From: a virus
Lineage: Duplodnaviria; Caudoviricetes
Direction: 5' to 3' (one strand)
Virus record (IMG/VR): IMGVR_UViG_3300043399_001226
Location: 1-59,399 of that record
DNA length: 59,399 nucleotides
The translations under genes and the position numbers were made by a program. Below the pieces are notes generated by a model. That model worked only from the letters and a program-made list of their open reading frames with translations. It was not told the DNA's origin and ran no database searches. Positions 27,856 through 39,336 of the stretch are shown here, one piece after another; position 1 is the stretch's first letter, and the number at the start of each line of letters is the position of its first letter.

Positions 27856-28659
27856 TCATATATTAACTATCGCTAGAGGAGTACAACGACACAAAACGTC
27901 TTGCCCTGGGTGAGATAAAGTAGCTCCTATTAGCTTTCTACTATTCCACGAATCATCTAACTTATCTTTGTAAACACTAATATCAATATAACTACAAATC
28001 TTGCCTTCTAAGACTTCGTGCGAAGTGCGCACTCTTTCGTCTTTAGCAGTACTCCATTTATAATTATCAATACCAAGCATTAAATGCCTGTGCCTTGTTA
28101 AATCAGCGTTTAACTTGTTAATCTGATCCCTAGCTATTAGTTTTGCACGTTTTTTTGATATTGTAAACACTTTGCCAAAATCATTAGCTAAATTCGTAAA
28201 TCCAACACCTCTACGCACTCCGTTGTAGATTATTTCTTGTACTTCGCCGAGTAGATCGGAGTTAATAGATTTGATAAGCCTGACATTATCGGAAATAAAA
28301 AATTGCATTGATTCTTCGATAGATTTAGAAACGGGAATCGATATACCTCTTTTTATAGTACTAGCCAAAGACTGCTTTACAGCTCGATTATTAAAAGTAT
28401 TTACGTGTTTTGTTTTCTTAATTATTTTCTTTATAAAATCCTTAATCTTGATTGATATCTGTAATTCACAGATTTTAATAATATTCTGTAATTCATCATC
28501 CACACTATCAAGTCGTATAGCTAAATTATAAGATTGCTTCAGCTCTCTCAAGGTTATGAGTACCATTTTATACGTTTGACTCACATATTGTTCTAACTGC
28601 TTGCCATATTCATTTTCCAATAAATGTGGATATTGAACTTTTAACGCTATTTGATACAC
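27856..28659 (-). CDS. Minor head morphogenesis protein (Mu gpF/SPP1 gp7 family)
   Basis: RAKLIARDQ, YKWSTAKDERVRTSH, HPGQDVLCRC. Confidence 0.92.
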   Translation of the reverse strand: MYQIALKVQYPHLLENEYGKQLEQYVSQTYKMVLITLRELKQSYNLAIRLDSVDDELQNIIKICELQISIKIKDFIKKIIKKTKHVNTFNNRAVKQSLASTIKRGISIPVSKSIEESMQFFISDNVRLIKSINSDLLGEVQEIIYNGVRRGVGFTNLANDFGKVFTISKKRAKLIARDQINKLNADLTRHRHLMLGIDNYKWSTAKDERVRTSHEVLEGKICSYIDISVYKDKLDDSWNSRKLIGATLSHPGQDVLCRCTPLAIVNI

Positions 28660-28789
28660 CTTATTTTAACATTTAATTCAATTTTTTATTGCTTCTGCAT
28701 AAATTTGATCTGCAAACTTGATAGACCCGTAACTGAATCAATAATTTTAGCTTTTAAAAATTGTGACATTGATTTCTTTAAAAGAACTG

Positions 28790-28826
28790 TATTTCAAGTG
28801 ACCACGGATTGTAATCACTTGAAATA
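28790..28826 (-). terminator. Long hairpin downstream of the 28839..29471 gene
   Basis: TATTTCAAGTGA/TCACTTGAAATA 12-bp stem, extended by G-U pairs on the minus strand. Confidence 0.5.
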
Positions 28827-28838
28827 TAAAAGTCTATT

Positions 28839-29471
28839 TTAGCTTAATAAATCATTTAATTTACCAGCAGTTAAAACATATCCTCCTATCTCTATACTGT
28901 GTACTGCTTTAACAATATTAGCGTTAACATCACCAGCGACAGTGGCATTACCACGAGATGTTAAACTTCCAGTATTAATACTGTTATTATTAATATTTTG
29001 AATATCAGGAGTCATTCCTTCAAATATAGCAGGATTAATACCGATATTTACCGCTCCATTTGTAACGGTAACATCAACTTGATGTTCTGTACCAGTTACT
29101 TTTGTTAATTTACTAAGGAACTCTTCATCTCCACTAGGATTAGTAATTTTAAAATCAGCGGTTAATAATGGATCAATAGCTTGTCTCAATGAATAAGTAA
29201 CAGTCCAAACATCATTTAACTTACTAATAACAAGATTATTTAATATACCACCACTAGTAATAGTAAAAGTTTGGTCTGTTTCATACCAAGCTACTTGTGT
29301 ACTAGAATCTAAAGGAGGGATTCCATTAGTAATATCAGTTGCAGAAGCATATACAGATGCATGATTATTTGCACCATTAAACACTAAAAAGCCAAGACCT
29401 TCTATAGCACCACTTGCGACAGAAGTTCCAACATCAAAAGTAAGATTATAAATAGCCATATTTTTTACCAA
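28839..29471 (-). CDS. Hypothetical, possibly virion structural (beta-rich)
   Basis: Thr/Asn/Gly-rich ORF within the head region. Confidence 0.6.
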   Translation of the reverse strand: MVKNMAIYNLTFDVGTSVASGAIEGLGFLVFNGANNHASVYASATDITNGIPPLDSSTQVAWYETDQTFTITSGGILNNLVISKLNDVWTVTYSLRQAIDPLLTADFKITNPSGDEEFLSKLTKVTGTEHQVDVTVTNGAVNIGINPAIFEGMTPDIQNINNNSINTGSLTSRGNATVAGDVNANIVKAVHSIEIGGYVLTAGKLNDLLS

Positions 29472-29900
29472 TTAAATTTAAGATTAACCAAGTTATATTT
29501 TAACTTTTTTATCCCTTATCTAAAAGATTTATCCACTTTCTCTATCTTATATTTAAAGATTTTTTTAAGATTTTTCTATCCACAAAGCTCTATAACTAAA
29601 GCTATTCATACATCAGTTTAGGATAAGGAATAAGTAATTTATTCTAGTCAGTAAAACTGTAGTTAGTTTTGTATTGATATTAAAATAGATTGATAACAAC
29701 CTGTATAACTAAATACACCTAACTCTAGCTTTATAGGGTATACAGTGTTTTCCTTATCCTAAACTGGCGTTAAAAAGAGTTAGAGACCTTACTTTTACAA
29801 GGTAGCAGGTGTTACGTTAATGTACTAGCAAACCTTATAAATTTAAAAACTTCAATAAGTAAATTTGTTAATTTTTTATACTCTTAGCTTCTGTTTTTAG

Positions 29901-30182
29901 TTATTTAGTTTCAGTTTGTACGTTAGTACTATTTTCATTTGGTTGTGGTGTTTTATACAAATCTAATTCTTCTTTGACTTTAGTGATATCATACTCTACT
30001 TCTTTTATAAAATTTTCAAGTACCATAACTAATGATTTAGTATCTTCTGAATCAATATCAACTGCCATACCAAATAATCTATAACCGAAATCCCTTATAT
30101 TTTGTGAATCAGTTGTTAGCCAGGTTATATATTTTAAACCATCGCCGTTAATTTCTTTTCTGTTCATAATAATACTTAACAT
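29901..30182 (-). CDS. Hypothetical protein (possible fibre chaperone)
   Basis: ORF just downstream of the large fibre gene. Confidence 0.55.
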   Translation of the reverse strand: MLSIIMNRKEINGDGLKYITWLTTDSQNIRDFGYRLFGMAVDIDSEDTKSLVMVLENFIKEVEYDITKVKEELDLYKTPQPNENSTNVQTETK

Positions 30183-30207
30183 TAATTTACTAACTAATTA
30201 TAACATA

Positions 30208-33200
30208 CTATCCCGCATAAATAAACAAGTTAAAAAATACGCATGGGTTCATCACATCAACAAAAGTGTTTCCTGTTAAACCTGAAACATCCGTAGTAGA
30301 TGAAGAAACTGTGCCTGTATGATTATGTGTAGAGGAATGAACAGTTTCGCTAGCTGTGCCACTATTACCAGTATAATTGGGAATATTAACAGTATGTGTA
30401 TGACTATCATTAGTCGTTGAACCACGTAATCCCACAGTGTACATAATTTTAAAAGGAGAAGCACCGCCGGAGGCGTCGTAATCCGCAAACCCTAATCCAG
30501 AAGTAGATTGAGTATTATACTGATAGACAACAGTATCTAAAATAGATGTACTGTTCGCTCCATTAATATTAAAAGTTATCAAATCATGATTATGAGTATC
30601 CGAAGAAGTTGTCGCAGTTGGATGAAGATGATTAATACTATGAGAATGTCCTGCCGTTGAATGTGTATGAGTATCGTTGGAAATTGAAACGTTATGTTGA
30701 TGATATATACTATGATTATGAGCAGGGACTGTGGTGATTATTTCACTTCCATCCCTATCCCCCGGTTCTCTAGGAGTTAAAGCTCCCAAAACAACCATGC
30801 CTAATTGCCCGGTTTGCTTGCTAGGTACCCCTAATAATCTTGAGCCTAGACGTCCCATTGCAAAAGTAGTAAATCCGTCTCCATTACTAAATATCCCTTT
30901 GTTTATTAATCCACTAGCTACTACTTCGTTCCAAAGTGCAGGGTATTGAAGACGAGATAAGACACGCCCATCTACCCAAAGAAGCCAACCATTATGATCG
31001 GCAGTTTTTATGGATTGTTTAAAATCACCTACAATTGCTCCACCAGTGTTAATAGGAGAACTCCAAGTTCCATTTCCACTTAAATATTTAGTATTATCAT
31101 CTGGATACCCTGCAAGAGAGCTGGCGGGGATATTCTTAACCAAGGAAGCTGCATATTGTTTTGTACTGGTTTCTTTGGAATCAACATATTTTTTATTTGT
31201 TAAATCAGTAGACAAAGTAGGGTCGGCAGAATTAATAACTTTATAACCGTCTAAATTTATATCTCCTTGAGGGTTTTTTACTCTTAAATCAACATAAGAT
31301 TTATTAGTAAGTTCGATTTGAGTAGATGGAACATAATTAGCCAATATTCGTTTTGTGCCTATATCCAAATCGGTAGTTAAAGGTTTAAAATCACTTAAGC
31401 TTTTATTATTAATAAAATTCCGAGTTACGGTTTCTCGTACATCAACATAATTCTTAGTAGCTACGTCTTGAGGTTGATCCGGTTCTACAGAGTTGTAAAT
31501 TCTATATTTATTCTCCAAGTTTATATTACCCATACCTAATATAAACTTATTATCAACATACTGTTTTGTAGCAAAATCAGTTGGAACTTCTGGCGTAGCA
31601 CCATTAATAATTTTAAAATGATTAGCGTCTATCGGTGCACTGGGTAATGATAATTCATTTAATTTTAATTTCTTTACCCCATCTGTAAAATCAGTAATAC
31701 TGCTTACATTCCATTTTTTGGAATCTACGTATATTTTATTTACTCCGTCTTTGTCTAGTAATGGCTCGCCTACAAAAATCAACCTTTGACTATTTAAGTT
31801 GACCTCTTTATCGGGAGGTAATAAATTACTGATTTTTAATTTTGCTAGTATTTCGGTTAAATACGTAAGATTAACTGCGTCCCAAATATCTATAGGATTG
31901 GATAACATTCTAATCCTATTAAGCTCCATACTTATATCTTTATCAGGTGATAAAAAATCACTTAATCTTTTACCACGTAAAGTATTAGTTACATAATCAG
32001 TAACAAATATTTTAGGTGTTGCATCTCTATCTTCTAGAGGGTAACCCAAATTATTGATTCTCTGCATCGCCAAGTTTAATGACTTAACCGGTGGAGAGAT
32101 TTTATCTAAAGTTATAGAACTTATATCAAAAGTTTTGTTATCGACATAATTTTTGATCACTGCATTTTGAGTGTCAACATATTGCTTTGTTGCAGCGTCG
32201 CTATCTAAAAGCGGTTCTAAAACATCAGTGATGCGGTTGCTATCTAAAGATAAAAGGCCTCTAAAATAACCTTTCGTCCCTCTTTCTTCTGTAATATCTA
32301 TTTGGAATGGTACAATACCTTCCACAGGACAGTCACTATCGTAAGTAGAAAAAATTAATTGGTATTTACCTTGATAAGTCGAGTCTTCAAAAAAATTATG
32401 TCCTAAATCAAAATGTTGTGTAAATGATCTATCACCAGTATTGAGTTTAAAGTTAAACTTATTATGAATATCATTAGCAAAGGGTAATAAGATTTCCAAC
32501 CCCATTTCACTTTCGATAAAATTAGAAAAATCCAGAATTGTATTTTTATCTGGCATTCTCAACGGATTTGCAAACTCAACGTAAACAGTATCTTTTAATG
32601 TTGTTTGACCTTTAACAACTCCGTCAACTTTAAGAGGTAATGAAGTAACGTAAACTTTATTTACGGCATCTTTGTCATTTAAAGGAGCGTTCAAATTAGT
32701 AATACGATAATTTCCCCAATCAACGTCCTTAAAAGGTTTAGCAAAAAAACTAATAGGGTAGTTTTTTATCGAATCATAAGAAAGATAGTCTGTTCCATCT
32801 TGAGCACGAATTAAAACTCCTTTTCCATTGGCAGAAGAAACTTTAAGTATACCACTTGCTATAGTACCTAAACTTTGAGCAAGCGGCACTTTATCACTAG
32901 CTTCTTGAACTATAAAAGAAATATCTTCTCTATTTTTTGATATCTTATCATCAATAATAGAATCTAAAACTTGTGCGGCAGGTACTTTATGATTAGCTTC
33001 GGTTACCACAAAAGGGATATCTTCAAGCACCTCTAAAACTACATTGTCTACATGCATTTTAAATATATTTGAGTTAGGAACGTAATAATCTTGATTGGGA
33101 GTTGCAATATCTAACGTTCCTGTAGTTCCAAACACGGTATTTCTTAATAACCCATCACTAAGATATCCCAAAACGTGGGCATTAGGTAAATCATTATAAG

Positions 33201-34686
33201 GACTACCTAGTACAAAATCTGCATCTCTTGGTGCGTCTTTTCCATCATCACCCTTGTCTCCTTTGTCGCCCTTATCTCCATCATCACCTTTGTCTCCTTT
33301 GTCGCCCTTATCTCCATCACTCCCTTTAGAGCCAGAAGGTCCAGTAGGTCCAGGAAGGCCTGGTGGACCAGGAGGACCAGGGATAAAACTTGGTATTCCA
33401 GGAAGACCCATTGGACCTTGTGGTCCTTCAGGTCCTTCTTTTCCTCTTTCTCCTGGGTCGCCTTTTTCTCCTTTCTCTCCTTGTTTACCCGGATCACCTT
33501 TTTCTCCCGGTAAATTTAAGCTCCAATATAATTGTCCTAATCCGTCGGTAGTTAAAACTTGTGTAGGTAGACCGTCTGAAATGGGTACTTTCCAATCTGC
33601 TCCCAATCCTGACAGATGATGTGTAAATGAATATTTAACGCCTAAAGGATCAATCAAGCTGATTTTTGAACAGGTAAACTCACCTTGTTCATCCGCTGTT
33701 ACAACACTTTCTATAACTTTATTTTCCGAGTCCCCTACAAATAGTTTTTTATGGGTTAAAGTAGCTTTACTTAATGTCCCTTCAGCATCATTTTTCAATA
33801 AACCCTCACCTATATCTTTTAAAGATTGAGCATTGGTAAAAGTAGCGGAAGTTTCTAATCCATAAAGTTTAGCTAGTGCTTCAGGTACAGCACTCATTGC
33901 CGGATTTTCCCAAGAAAATGTAATATTTTTATCCTTTACTATAAATCCTGCGGTATCTAATCTTTTAAAGATTTGAGCTATTTTAACTTGGGCCAAGGCT
34001 AGTGCAGAAGAAGCTATCGTTTCAGAAGAAGTATTAGTGGCATTTACGCTTGCAGCAAAAACTTGAGGTAACCAAGGACCACTCATAGTCCAATCAAACC
34101 AAGACGTAGGATTAAAACTTGGATTGGGAATAGGAATATTTTTAGCTAAATCAGGTAAAAAATCAGGAATAGGAAAAGTAGCTGCCCATAAAGTCGGAAG
34201 ATTAATTGTTTTTATTTGTAATTTTTCAAGTGGAAAATTATCTGGACCACCTACCCACAACCTATCACGGCTAAGTTTATTCAAATTGATAACTCTGCCT
34301 AATTCCCTTTTTAAATCTATTATGTCTTGACGTACATCAATTAAAATAGGTGAAGGGCTTGCAATTTTGTTTTTATTGCCCAGAAGAATATAATTCTGAT
34401 TACAAACAATATTAAAAATTAATTCATTATCCTTAAATTCCCAAAGTTTAATCCAGTCAGTATTTTTTAATTCGTTGAATAAAGCATACATTGAGGAATC
34501 TTCAAAAACGAAAGCCATCATTCCAAGACTCCTACGCAAAAGAGAGATATTATTGCGAAGGACTATAGAATCAACGCTGTGTACTCCTCCCTTGCCAAAA
34601 TTCTCCAAATGTGTCGGGTAAGTATCCAACAAAGAATAAGGCCTGATGTAATCACTAATTTTAACACCACCTAAGATGCTTGACAT
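30208..34686 (-). CDS. Large fibre protein: collagen-like G-X-Y segment, ~9 neck-like repeats, tail-collar domain, HxH-rich tip
   Basis: [13 protein letters not shown]...[10 protein letters not shown]; repeats such as [15 protein letters not shown]; GDFKQS....[20 protein letters not shown]; several HxH motifs. Confidence 0.8.
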   Translation of the reverse strand: MSSILGGVKISDYIRPYSLLDTYPTHLENFGKGGVHSVDSIVLRNNISLLRRSLGMMAFVFEDSSMYALFNELKNTDWIKLWEFKDNELIFNIVCNQNYILLGNKNKIASPSPILIDVRQDIIDLKRELGRVINLNKLSRDRLWVGGPDNFPLEKLQIKTINLPTLWAATFPIPDFLPDLAKNIPIPNPSFNPTSWFDWTMSGPWLPQVFAASVNATNTSSETIASSALALAQVKIAQIFKRLDTAGFIVKDKNITFSWENPAMSAVPEALAKLYGLETSATFTNAQSLKDIGEGLLKNDAEGTLSKATLTHKKLFVGDSENKVIESVVTADEQGEFTCSKISLIDPLGVKYSFTHHLSGLGADWKVPISDGLPTQVLTTDGLGQLYWSLNLPGEKGDPGKQGEKGEKGDPGERGKEGPEGPQGPMGLPGIPSFIPGPPGPPGLPGPTGPSGSKGSDGDKGDKGDKGDDGDKGDKGDKGDDGKDAPRDADFVLGSPYNDLPNAHVLGYLSDGLLRNTVFGTTGTLDIATPNQDYYVPNSNIFKMHVDNVVLEVLEDIPFVVTEANHKVPAAQVLDSIIDDKISKNREDISFIVQEASDKVPLAQSLGTIASGILKVSSANGKGVLIRAQDGTDYLSYDSIKNYPISFFAKPFKDVDWGNYRITNLNAPLNDKDAVNKVYVTSLPLKVDGVVKGQTTLKDTVYVEFANPLRMPDKNTILDFSNFIESEMGLEILLPFANDIHNKFNFKLNTGDRSFTQHFDLGHNFFEDSTYQGKYQLIFSTYDSDCPVEGIVPFQIDITEERGTKGYFRGLLSLDSNRITDVLEPLLDSDAATKQYVDTQNAVIKNYVDNKTFDISSITLDKISPPVKSLNLAMQRINNLGYPLEDRDATPKIFVTDYVTNTLRGKRLSDFLSPDKDISMELNRIRMLSNPIDIWDAVNLTYLTEILAKLKISNLLPPDKEVNLNSQRLIFVGEPLLDKDGVNKIYVDSKKWNVSSITDFTDGVKKLKLNELSLPSAPIDANHFKIINGATPEVPTDFATKQYVDNKFILGMGNINLENKYRIYNSVEPDQPQDVATKNYVDVRETVTRNFINNKSLSDFKPLTTDLDIGTKRILANYVPSTQIELTNKSYVDLRVKNPQGDINLDGYKVINSADPTLSTDLTNKKYVDSKETSTKQYAASLVKNIPASSLAGYPDDNTKYLSGNGTWSSPINTGGAIVGDFKQSIKTADHNGWLLWVDGRVLSRLQYPALWNEVVASGLINKGIFSNGDGFTTFAMGRLGSRLLGVPSKQTGQLGMVVLGALTPREPGDRDGSEIITTVPAHNHSIYHQHNVSISNDTHTHSTAGHSHSINHLHPTATTSSDTHNHDLITFNINGANSTSILDTVVYQYNTQSTSGLGFADYDASGGASPFKIMYTVGLRGSTTNDSHTHTVNIPNYTGNSGTASETVHSSTHNHTGTVSSSTTDVSGLTGNTFVDVMNPCVFFNLFIYAG

Positions 34687-34690
34687 ACTT

Positions 34691-35734
34691 TTAAGCTGTT
34701 AAATGAGTTAATATACTTCCGATTTTACCGCTCTCTGTAACATAATGTTCATCAACTAAGCTAGCTAATTCAGAAAACCACTCTGCAGTACTGTTATCAA
34801 GCTCGTTAGAAAACGTATTAGGAAATCTAGGTTGGAATTTGTAATAATATACATCTTTAGATAATCTGTTTGAGAGATAATCAAGATAATATCTTATATA
34901 TTCTTCGCCTCCAACCATAGCTACTTGCATCAACCCAAATAATCTAACTGCTGCATAGTCAATTCCAGCCTCGGAACCGCTACCATCAAAACTCATATTT
35001 CCAATCCCGCAACCAACATCAACTATAACAATTCTAGTAGCATGAGTTTTTAGTGTCATACCTATGTTTATAGCCATTAATATTGCATCATTTGCATATA
35101 TTCCTCCATCACTATACTTATGCCCATTAAAATCATGTGTTGGAAGATAAATAGGAGCAGCACTTGAAGCTCTACAAACATTTACGATGGTTTCGGTATT
35201 GCCAACAAAATAAGTAGGGTCATTAAAATTAGAAAACATCACGTATTTTTTTCTATCCTCTTCGTAAGCAGGAATAACAACAGGAACTTTTAAATCAGAA
35301 AGAGTTTTAGTACCAAAATTGTCAACTAAAGTACTATGTAAAATGTTGTGCCCATAATCAGAATCATCATAAGCAGATTTATAGAAAGGATCATTAGTAG
35401 CTATCATAGCTAATTTTTGTGCTACATTTGGTCTATTTGAATCTTCGCTCGCATTATGACTTGAAGCCGCTTTTTCCGTTGCTGTCCTAATAGTAAAGAC
35501 TCTTTTAGCTTTTTCTAAAAAAAAGTTTTCCATATAATCGGGAGTTTTGCCTATTGCATAACCGCAAGCAAGTATAGAACCTATACTTGTCCCACACATA
35601 ACATCTACATATTTCCATAAATCAGCTTGCAGTATTCCCCATTGATGCAGGAACTTCTGCATAAAACGATTAGAAGCATAACCTTTTGCTCCACCTCCAG
35701 GAAAACTGAATATTCTAAGTGTATCCTTATCCAT
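34691..35734 (-). CDS. Patatin-like phospholipase
   Basis: GGGAKG, GTSIG (GxSxG), [11 protein letters not shown]. Confidence 0.93.
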   Translation of the reverse strand: MDKDTLRIFSFPGGGAKGYASNRFMQKFLHQWGILQADLWKYVDVMCGTSIGSILACGYAIGKTPDYMENFFLEKAKRVFTIRTATEKAASSHNASEDSNRPNVAQKLAMIATNDPFYKSAYDDSDYGHNILHSTLVDNFGTKTLSDLKVPVVIPAYEEDRKKYVMFSNFNDPTYFVGNTETIVNVCRASSAAPIYLPTHDFNGHKYSDGGIYANDAILMAINIGMTLKTHATRIVIVDVGCGIGNMSFDGSGSEAGIDYAAVRLFGLMQVAMVGGEEYIRYYLDYLSNRLSKDVYYYKFQPRFPNTFSNELDNSTAEWFSELASLVDEHYVTESGKIGSILTHLTA

Positions 35735-37814
35735 TTTTAATACCCATCACAAATTCTTCGTGTATTTCATTTAGAGTGCGATAACAATTATACTTAATAC
35801 TTAAACCATACTCATTTGTAATCGTTATCTTCTGTACCTCATCAAAAACCAGAGCTATATCACTTGAAATTTCATAAAACACATAGTTCTCACCTAGGAT
35901 TTCTGGGTAACAGAACCATTTATAACCTACCCCTTGAAAGTAATACTCACCATAAATGTTATCAATAAGCTCTTTAGCTCTGAGTATACTAAGGGGATTC
36001 GTACTACTATCTGAAACCCAGTCCATTATATCGTCGGTATATTCGCCGTAATATATTTTATACTTAAAACCAAGAGTAATCAGGTTCTGGAAACTAGTAC
36101 CGGTAGTATCATATGCTAAAAGAGTAAAATCAATATTTTGCAGGACGTTATAAGTAACATCTAAGGTCTGAAATTCAAAAGGCGAACCTAAAACTTTTTC
36201 TACAACAATTTCATTATCTTGTAGTAAGGTTATTGAATCTGCCTCTAGCAATAGGTCATTTTCTATTGAATAGACGGCAGATAGCACTTCGGATTTTAAA
36301 TTATAACCGATTTCTACGGTTTTAATAAACTCTCCTCCCCCTTGCTTTTGTATAGAAAAAGTAGAAAAGTAAGGTAATCCAACTCCGTATAATAATTTTG
36401 TCATCAATGTTTTAAAATCGGTATTCTTAAACCTTGTGCCTTTAGGTAATCCACCGAGTTTAAAAGGCATTGGTTTAGAATTAGTATAAGATACACTCTC
36501 TCTACTGCCTCCTCCACCGCCACCATAAAAATTCTTAATACCTACCCGTCCTGCATTAATAATGCGTTCATCCGTAGTAATAATAAGATCGCCAAGCTGG
36601 TCAATTTCTGCCGACTTTATGCCGTTTCCTCTATCCCCCTTATCTCCCTTGATACTATCGCCCTTATCCCCTTTGTCGCCTTTTTTACCCTTTGTTTTCT
36701 CAGCTACGGCAATAAGCTCTGTTACGGCAGAATTAACTTGTTCCTGCAAAGCTTCTGCGGCTTTATCAACTAACGTAGTTACTTTTTGATTAACACTTGC
36801 AACAATGAGGTCAATATTGGCATCCCTGCCATCTTGTCCATCCGCTCCATCTTTCCCGTCCTTTGCTTTTGGTAACTTAGCAAATCCTTGCTTGATAAGA
36901 TTTTGAGTGTACCCTTGCAACTCTTCTTTATAACTAGTAGATAAATCATTGATTAAGCTTTTGATTTTAGCAGTTTCTTCTTGTAGATCAGAAGATAGGG
37001 ATGCGTTTAATTCCTTGCTGGATGCAGCAATTAAGTCTTGAATAGAGACTTGAAGTTTATCGTAGTCCTCGCGAGCGTGCTGTTTTAATTTTTCTTCTAA
37101 AATAGCGGTGATTTGTTGGTGGTCAGCATTCCTGCCGTCTTTCCCATCTTTAACATCTGGAATATTAGCAAGTATATATTCTTGTAATTCCTCCTTTATA
37201 GCATCAAGCGGTATAGCTTCAGCATCTTTGCCGTCTTGTCCGTCTATTCCGTCTCTGACACTGGGAATATTAGCAAGTATATACTGTTGTAACTCTCGAG
37301 TTAAAGCTTCTACGTCAATATCCTTGGCGTCTTGCCCGTCTCTTCCATCTTTTCCGTCCTTTGGAACGGGAATCTTCAATCTGCTAAATTCTTTCTGTAC
37401 CTGTTCTTGCAGGATTTTAAGTAACTTCTCTTCTAGCTCCCTTACAACTTCTTCTTCTCTAATCGCAGTAGCAGTTGGAACATTTCCTATATCCTGTAAT
37501 CTTTCTTCAAGCTTTTTAGTCAAACTCTGCTTAATATTCTCCAGCTCTGTCTTTACTTTCTTACTTGAATTCCGTTGCTTGACTTTTTTATCCAGAATAT
37601 CGATGCGTTTAATTAGCTCTTCATTTACATTGTCATTAAGAATAGCGGGAATGTCTAACGAAAATCTTTGCTTAAAACCATTTCTAAACTCTACTTCTAA
37701 AGCGGAATCCTTATAAACTATATTGGTAATAAATTGTTGCTTATCAAATTTTTGTACTTTCTTAGCTATCTTCCCAAGAGTAGCAACAACAAGAGCGTCA
37801 GACATTTTACTCAT
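35727..37814 (-). CDS. Coiled-coil/collagen-like repeat protein, probably virion-associated
   Basis: Repeated (K/R)DGKDG.DG.DA units and GDKGDKG; coupled to the portal gene. Confidence 0.7.
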   Translation of the reverse strand: MSKMSDALVVATLGKIAKKVQKFDKQQFITNIVYKDSALEVEFRNGFKQRFSLDIPAILNDNVNEELIKRIDILDKKVKQRNSSKKVKTELENIKQSLTKKLEERLQDIGNVPTATAIREEEVVRELEEKLLKILQEQVQKEFSRLKIPVPKDGKDGRDGQDAKDIDVEALTRELQQYILANIPSVRDGIDGQDGKDAEAIPLDAIKEELQEYILANIPDVKDGKDGRNADHQQITAILEEKLKQHAREDYDKLQVSIQDLIAASSKELNASLSSDLQEETAKIKSLINDLSTSYKEELQGYTQNLIKQGFAKLPKAKDGKDGADGQDGRDANIDLIVASVNQKVTTLVDKAAEALQEQVNSAVTELIAVAEKTKGKKGDKGDKGDSIKGDKGDRGNGIKSAEIDQLGDLIITTDERIINAGRVGIKNFYGGGGGGSRESVSYTNSKPMPFKLGGLPKGTRFKNTDFKTLMTKLLYGVGLPYFSTFSIQKQGGGEFIKTVEIGYNLKSEVLSAVYSIENDLLLEADSITLLQDNEIVVEKVLGSPFEFQTLDVTYNVLQNIDFTLLAYDTTGTSFQNLITLGFKYKIYYGEYTDDIMDWVSDSSTNPLSILRAKELIDNIYGEYYFQGVGYKWFCYPEILGENYVFYEISSDIALVFDEVQKITITNEYGLSIKYNCYRTLNEIHEEFVMGIKNG

Positions 37815-39226
37815 AAATTATTGTAGAGTTGTTGGAGTTTATCGTTAACTACCGCTTCCTCCTTTTTAGCCAGTCTTTGTTTTTCTCTGGATTCTGCTTG
37901 CATCATAACTTTATCAAGCATATATACATCGTCATCGGTAAAATTTTCTTTCTGAAGAGGCTTTAGCTTAATATTTTCCTTAAATTCGCCGCTACCAAAC
38001 CGCTCTTGCCAGCATTCCGCAGGGTCAATAGCTCCTCTATCTATATATCCCCAGTCTATTTTTGCATGCTTCTCTTTTAACTCCCCGCGTTCTAAATCCG
38101 TCTGCTCTACAAGTGAGTTAAAACTCCAACTGCTGTCCTTATCTCCTTTATATTCTTTCTGTAAAAGTATAAGATTTATTAACTTGTCTATTACATACTC
38201 CATCTCATCAGTGCGATACGCAGAAACTAAATCGTAGTAGTTTCTCATATCACTAACTCCCGTCGAGTTTAACCCTCCTGGAGATTGCCCGAATAGTCTG
38301 GTCATAGGATACCCAGTTGCACCGCAGATAGCCTGTTCAAATTTAGTCCATAAATCACTTAAACCCGTAACAGTACTAGCTTTTTTCTCGTAATCTTCCT
38401 TATTTGCATCGATTACTATCATATTTGACCCTGATCTTGAGAGGTCTAGCCCTTCAATTCTTTGTCTTATATCACTTTCGCCGTTTTGCCTTATCATCTT
38501 TTGATCAAGGTCATTAAGCTTTATAATCACCTGAATAAAATCCTGTACTATCTCTACAGAGGCTACGCTTGTAAGGTCATAATGCTTTAGAACTTCATAA
38601 CAGGATACAAAGACCGAATCGCCCCACCCTTGGTTAGTTACCCTCCTTAAATTATCAACAATCAAGCCGTCTAAAATAATACAACGGCTATAATGTACTT
38701 TTAAAATTGGCTTCTCGTTGCCTACGTTCGGAGGTTGTATGCTATAGTAAGCAGGCTTCGAGTAATTTGGATGATACGGATCGGTAACTAAATCATCTAC
38801 ATTCCAGAAGACCCAGTGTTTATCGTAAACTTTTAAATTAGCAATTTTATTTATCCTCTTCTCATTTAACGGCTCTTCTAAGCTGAGGCCGTCATCAATG
38901 ATAAGTAAAATTAAAGAACCTCCGTATAGCCTAGAAAAATAACCAGCTTCTTTTAAGACATTATTAACTTTTAGCCTTTTAAACTCTTTTTTAAGATCAT
39001 CATTTGCAGAATTAAAAAATCCGCTACGTACCGCATCATCGACAAGGCACTGCACAATCCTACGTGCTAAGCCGTTACCGCTATATAAACTACTTAGTTC
39101 GCTATAGATTAGTTTTTTATATCCTTTAACTTGAGCTTGTCCTGTGCGGCTTAAACTAGAACCTATATTGGTTAATCTATTCTGCCAGTGGTCCTGTCTA
39201 AAAACTTTATCAAGAAATCTTTTCAT
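37811..39226 (-). CDS. Portal protein (DUF1073 family)
   Basis: SRLYGGS, VHYSR, GWGDSV, ATGYPMTRLFGQSPGGLNSTG.SDMRNYYD. Confidence 0.92.
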   Translation of the reverse strand: MKRFLDKVFRQDHWQNRLTNIGSSLSRTGQAQVKGYKKLIYSELSSLYSGNGLARRIVQCLVDDAVRSGFFNSANDDLKKEFKRLKVNNVLKEAGYFSRLYGGSLILLIIDDGLSLEEPLNEKRINKIANLKVYDKHWVFWNVDDLVTDPYHPNYSKPAYYSIQPPNVGNEKPILKVHYSRCIILDGLIVDNLRRVTNQGWGDSVFVSCYEVLKHYDLTSVASVEIVQDFIQVIIKLNDLDQKMIRQNGESDIRQRIEGLDLSRSGSNMIVIDANKEDYEKKASTVTGLSDLWTKFEQAICGATGYPMTRLFGQSPGGLNSTGVSDMRNYYDLVSAYRTDEMEYVIDKLINLILLQKEYKGDKDSSWSFNSLVEQTDLERGELKEKHAKIDWGYIDRGAIDPAECWQERFGSGEFKENIKLKPLQKENFTDDDVYMLDKVMMQAESREKQRLAKKEEAVVNDKLQQLYNNL

Positions 39227-39336
39227 TTAACGTTCTAAAAAGTTAAAATTTATTATGTTTTGTTCTAACGAAATCAGGAGTAGAAATTGCTGCAATTCAT
39301 ATATATGAATGGTATTTTGATAAATACATCATATAT

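Noticed and set aside
33254-33619. Plus-strand Ser/Pro-rich ORF (also 36562..36789 and 37108..37716)
   Set aside because: Antisense shadows of collagen-like G-X-Y repeats in the minus-strand genes
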